64,000 bases of DNA from Candidatus Dormiibacterota bacterium (lineage in GTDB: Bacteria > Chloroflexota > Dormibacteria > Aeolococcales > Aeolococcaceae): contig DASZGL010000006.1 in NCBI GenBank assembly GCA_035938875.1, positions 3,978 through 67,977 of the forward strand, written 5' to 3'. A program made the position numbers and the translations under genes. The first letter of the stretch is position 1. Every line of letters begins with the position of its first letter. A model generated the notes under the pieces. It did not search any database, was not told the DNA's origin, and saw nothing but the letters and a program-made list of their open reading frames with translations. Positions 63,232-64,000 of the stretch are shown here, in pieces.

Positions 63232-64000
63232 TGGTCGAGCCGCACGGCGGCGTGCTCGTCGATCGCGTGCTCGATGCAGACAGCGCTCGGCGCCGGCTCG
63301 CCGCGGCGGGTGATGAAGCGCGCATCCGTCTCGACGCGCGCCAGACGAGCGACGCGCACTGCATCGCCATCGGCGCGTTCAGCCCGCTGCGCGGCTTCAT
63401 GGGCAGCGATGACCACGCATCGGTGTGTCGCGACATGCGGCTCGGCGACGGCACCGTCTGGTCGCTGCCGGTGCTGCTCGCTCTCGATGAGCGGCGGGCC
63501 TCAGAACGCCGGCCAGGCGAGACCGTGGTGCTCGACGATCCTGACGGTGAGCCGCTGGCGCTGCTCGCCGTCTCAGAGGTGTACGAGGTCGACGTCGAAG
63601 CCGAGGTCGAGGCCTGCTTCGGCACCGGCGATCCGGCTCACCCGGGCGTCGCTGCGCGCCGCGAGCAGGGCAGTCACTGCATCGCCGGCGAGATCGAGGC
63701 CCTGCGGGTACCCCGCAGCCCGTTTCCCGAGCACGACCTCACCCCGGCGCAGAGCCGGGCGCGCTTCGACGAGCTCGGCTGGCGCACCGTCGTCGCCTTC
63801 CAGACGCGCAACCCGGTGCACCGCGCTCACGAGTACCTGCAGAAGGTCGCGCTGGAGATCGTCGACGGGCTCTTCCTGCAACCGCTGGTCGGCGAGACCA
63901 AGGGCGACGACATCCCCGCCGCGGTCCGCATGCGCTGCTACGAGACGCTGCTGGCCGGGTACTACCCGGTGGAGCGCGTCGTCCTCGGCACCTTCCCCGC
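63231..64000 (+). CDS. sat: Sulfate adenylyltransferase (ATP sulfurylase), 3'-truncated by window edge
   Basis: Frame open from ATG 63231 to the window end: 'MVEPHGGVLVDRV', 'GAFSPLRGFM', 'VVAFQTRNPVHRAHEYL', 'LQPLVGETKGDDIP'. Not in the ORF track because there is no stop in the window. Confidence 0.92.
   Translation, partial: MVEPHGGVLVDRVLDADSARRRLAAAGDEARIRLDARQTSDAHCIAIGAFSPLRGFMGSDDHASVCRDMRLGDGTVWSLPVLLALDERRASERRPGETVVLDDPDGEPLALLAVSEVYEVDVEAEVEACFGTGDPAHPGVAARREQGSHCIAGEIEALRVPRSPFPEHDLTPAQSRARFDELGWRTVVAFQTRNPVHRAHEYLQKVALEIVDGLFLQPLVGETKGDDIPAAVRMRCYETLLAGYYPVERVVLGTFP

Overview
Gene-dense, very high-GC (about 70% by eye) chromosomal segment from a Terrabacteria-type organism, Actinomycetota- or Chloroflexota-like; the taxon cannot be fixed from this window alone. 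I can support about 70 CDS and one tRNA-Glu(CUC). I see no rRNA, CRISPR array, transposase, integrase or reverse transcriptase. Most long ORFs in the track are antisense or alternate-frame high-GC artefacts.

Recognisable core metabolism:
- acs (5' partial)
- a single-polypeptide E2o-E1o 2-oxoglutarate dehydrogenase plus lpd
- tdh-kbl
- ispH
- a four-gene split acyl-CoA carboxylase/enoyl-CoA hydratase operon
- galU, coaE, selD, a GH15 glycosidase, and sat (3' partial)

Poorly understood modules:
1. A translationally coupled minus-strand cassette at 32.9-35.5 kb. It encodes a TM protein, a 2-TM pilin/VirB2-like protein, a 6-TM TrbL/VirB6-like protein, a TM-anchored M23 peptidase and an SSB without the canonical C-terminal tip. 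No VirB4/VirD4 ATPase, relaxase or integrase is in the window. It sits downstream of a TM-tethered receiver-domain protein and a stand-alone Lon-N protein. This is my best candidate for an undescribed system.
2. Two MoxR/DUF58 operons. One has a proline-repeat membrane protein, DUF4129 and DUF4350, with an RDD/SpoIIM-like pair nearby. The other has a TgpA-like membrane transglutaminase.
3. A circularly permuted ATP-grasp + transglutaminase pair lacking the usual alpha-E partner.
4. Two tandem signal-peptide-less HiPIP-like genes divergent from a geranylgeranyl-reductase-family flavoprotein.

All family assignments come from motifs I read in the supplied translations. No database search was run.
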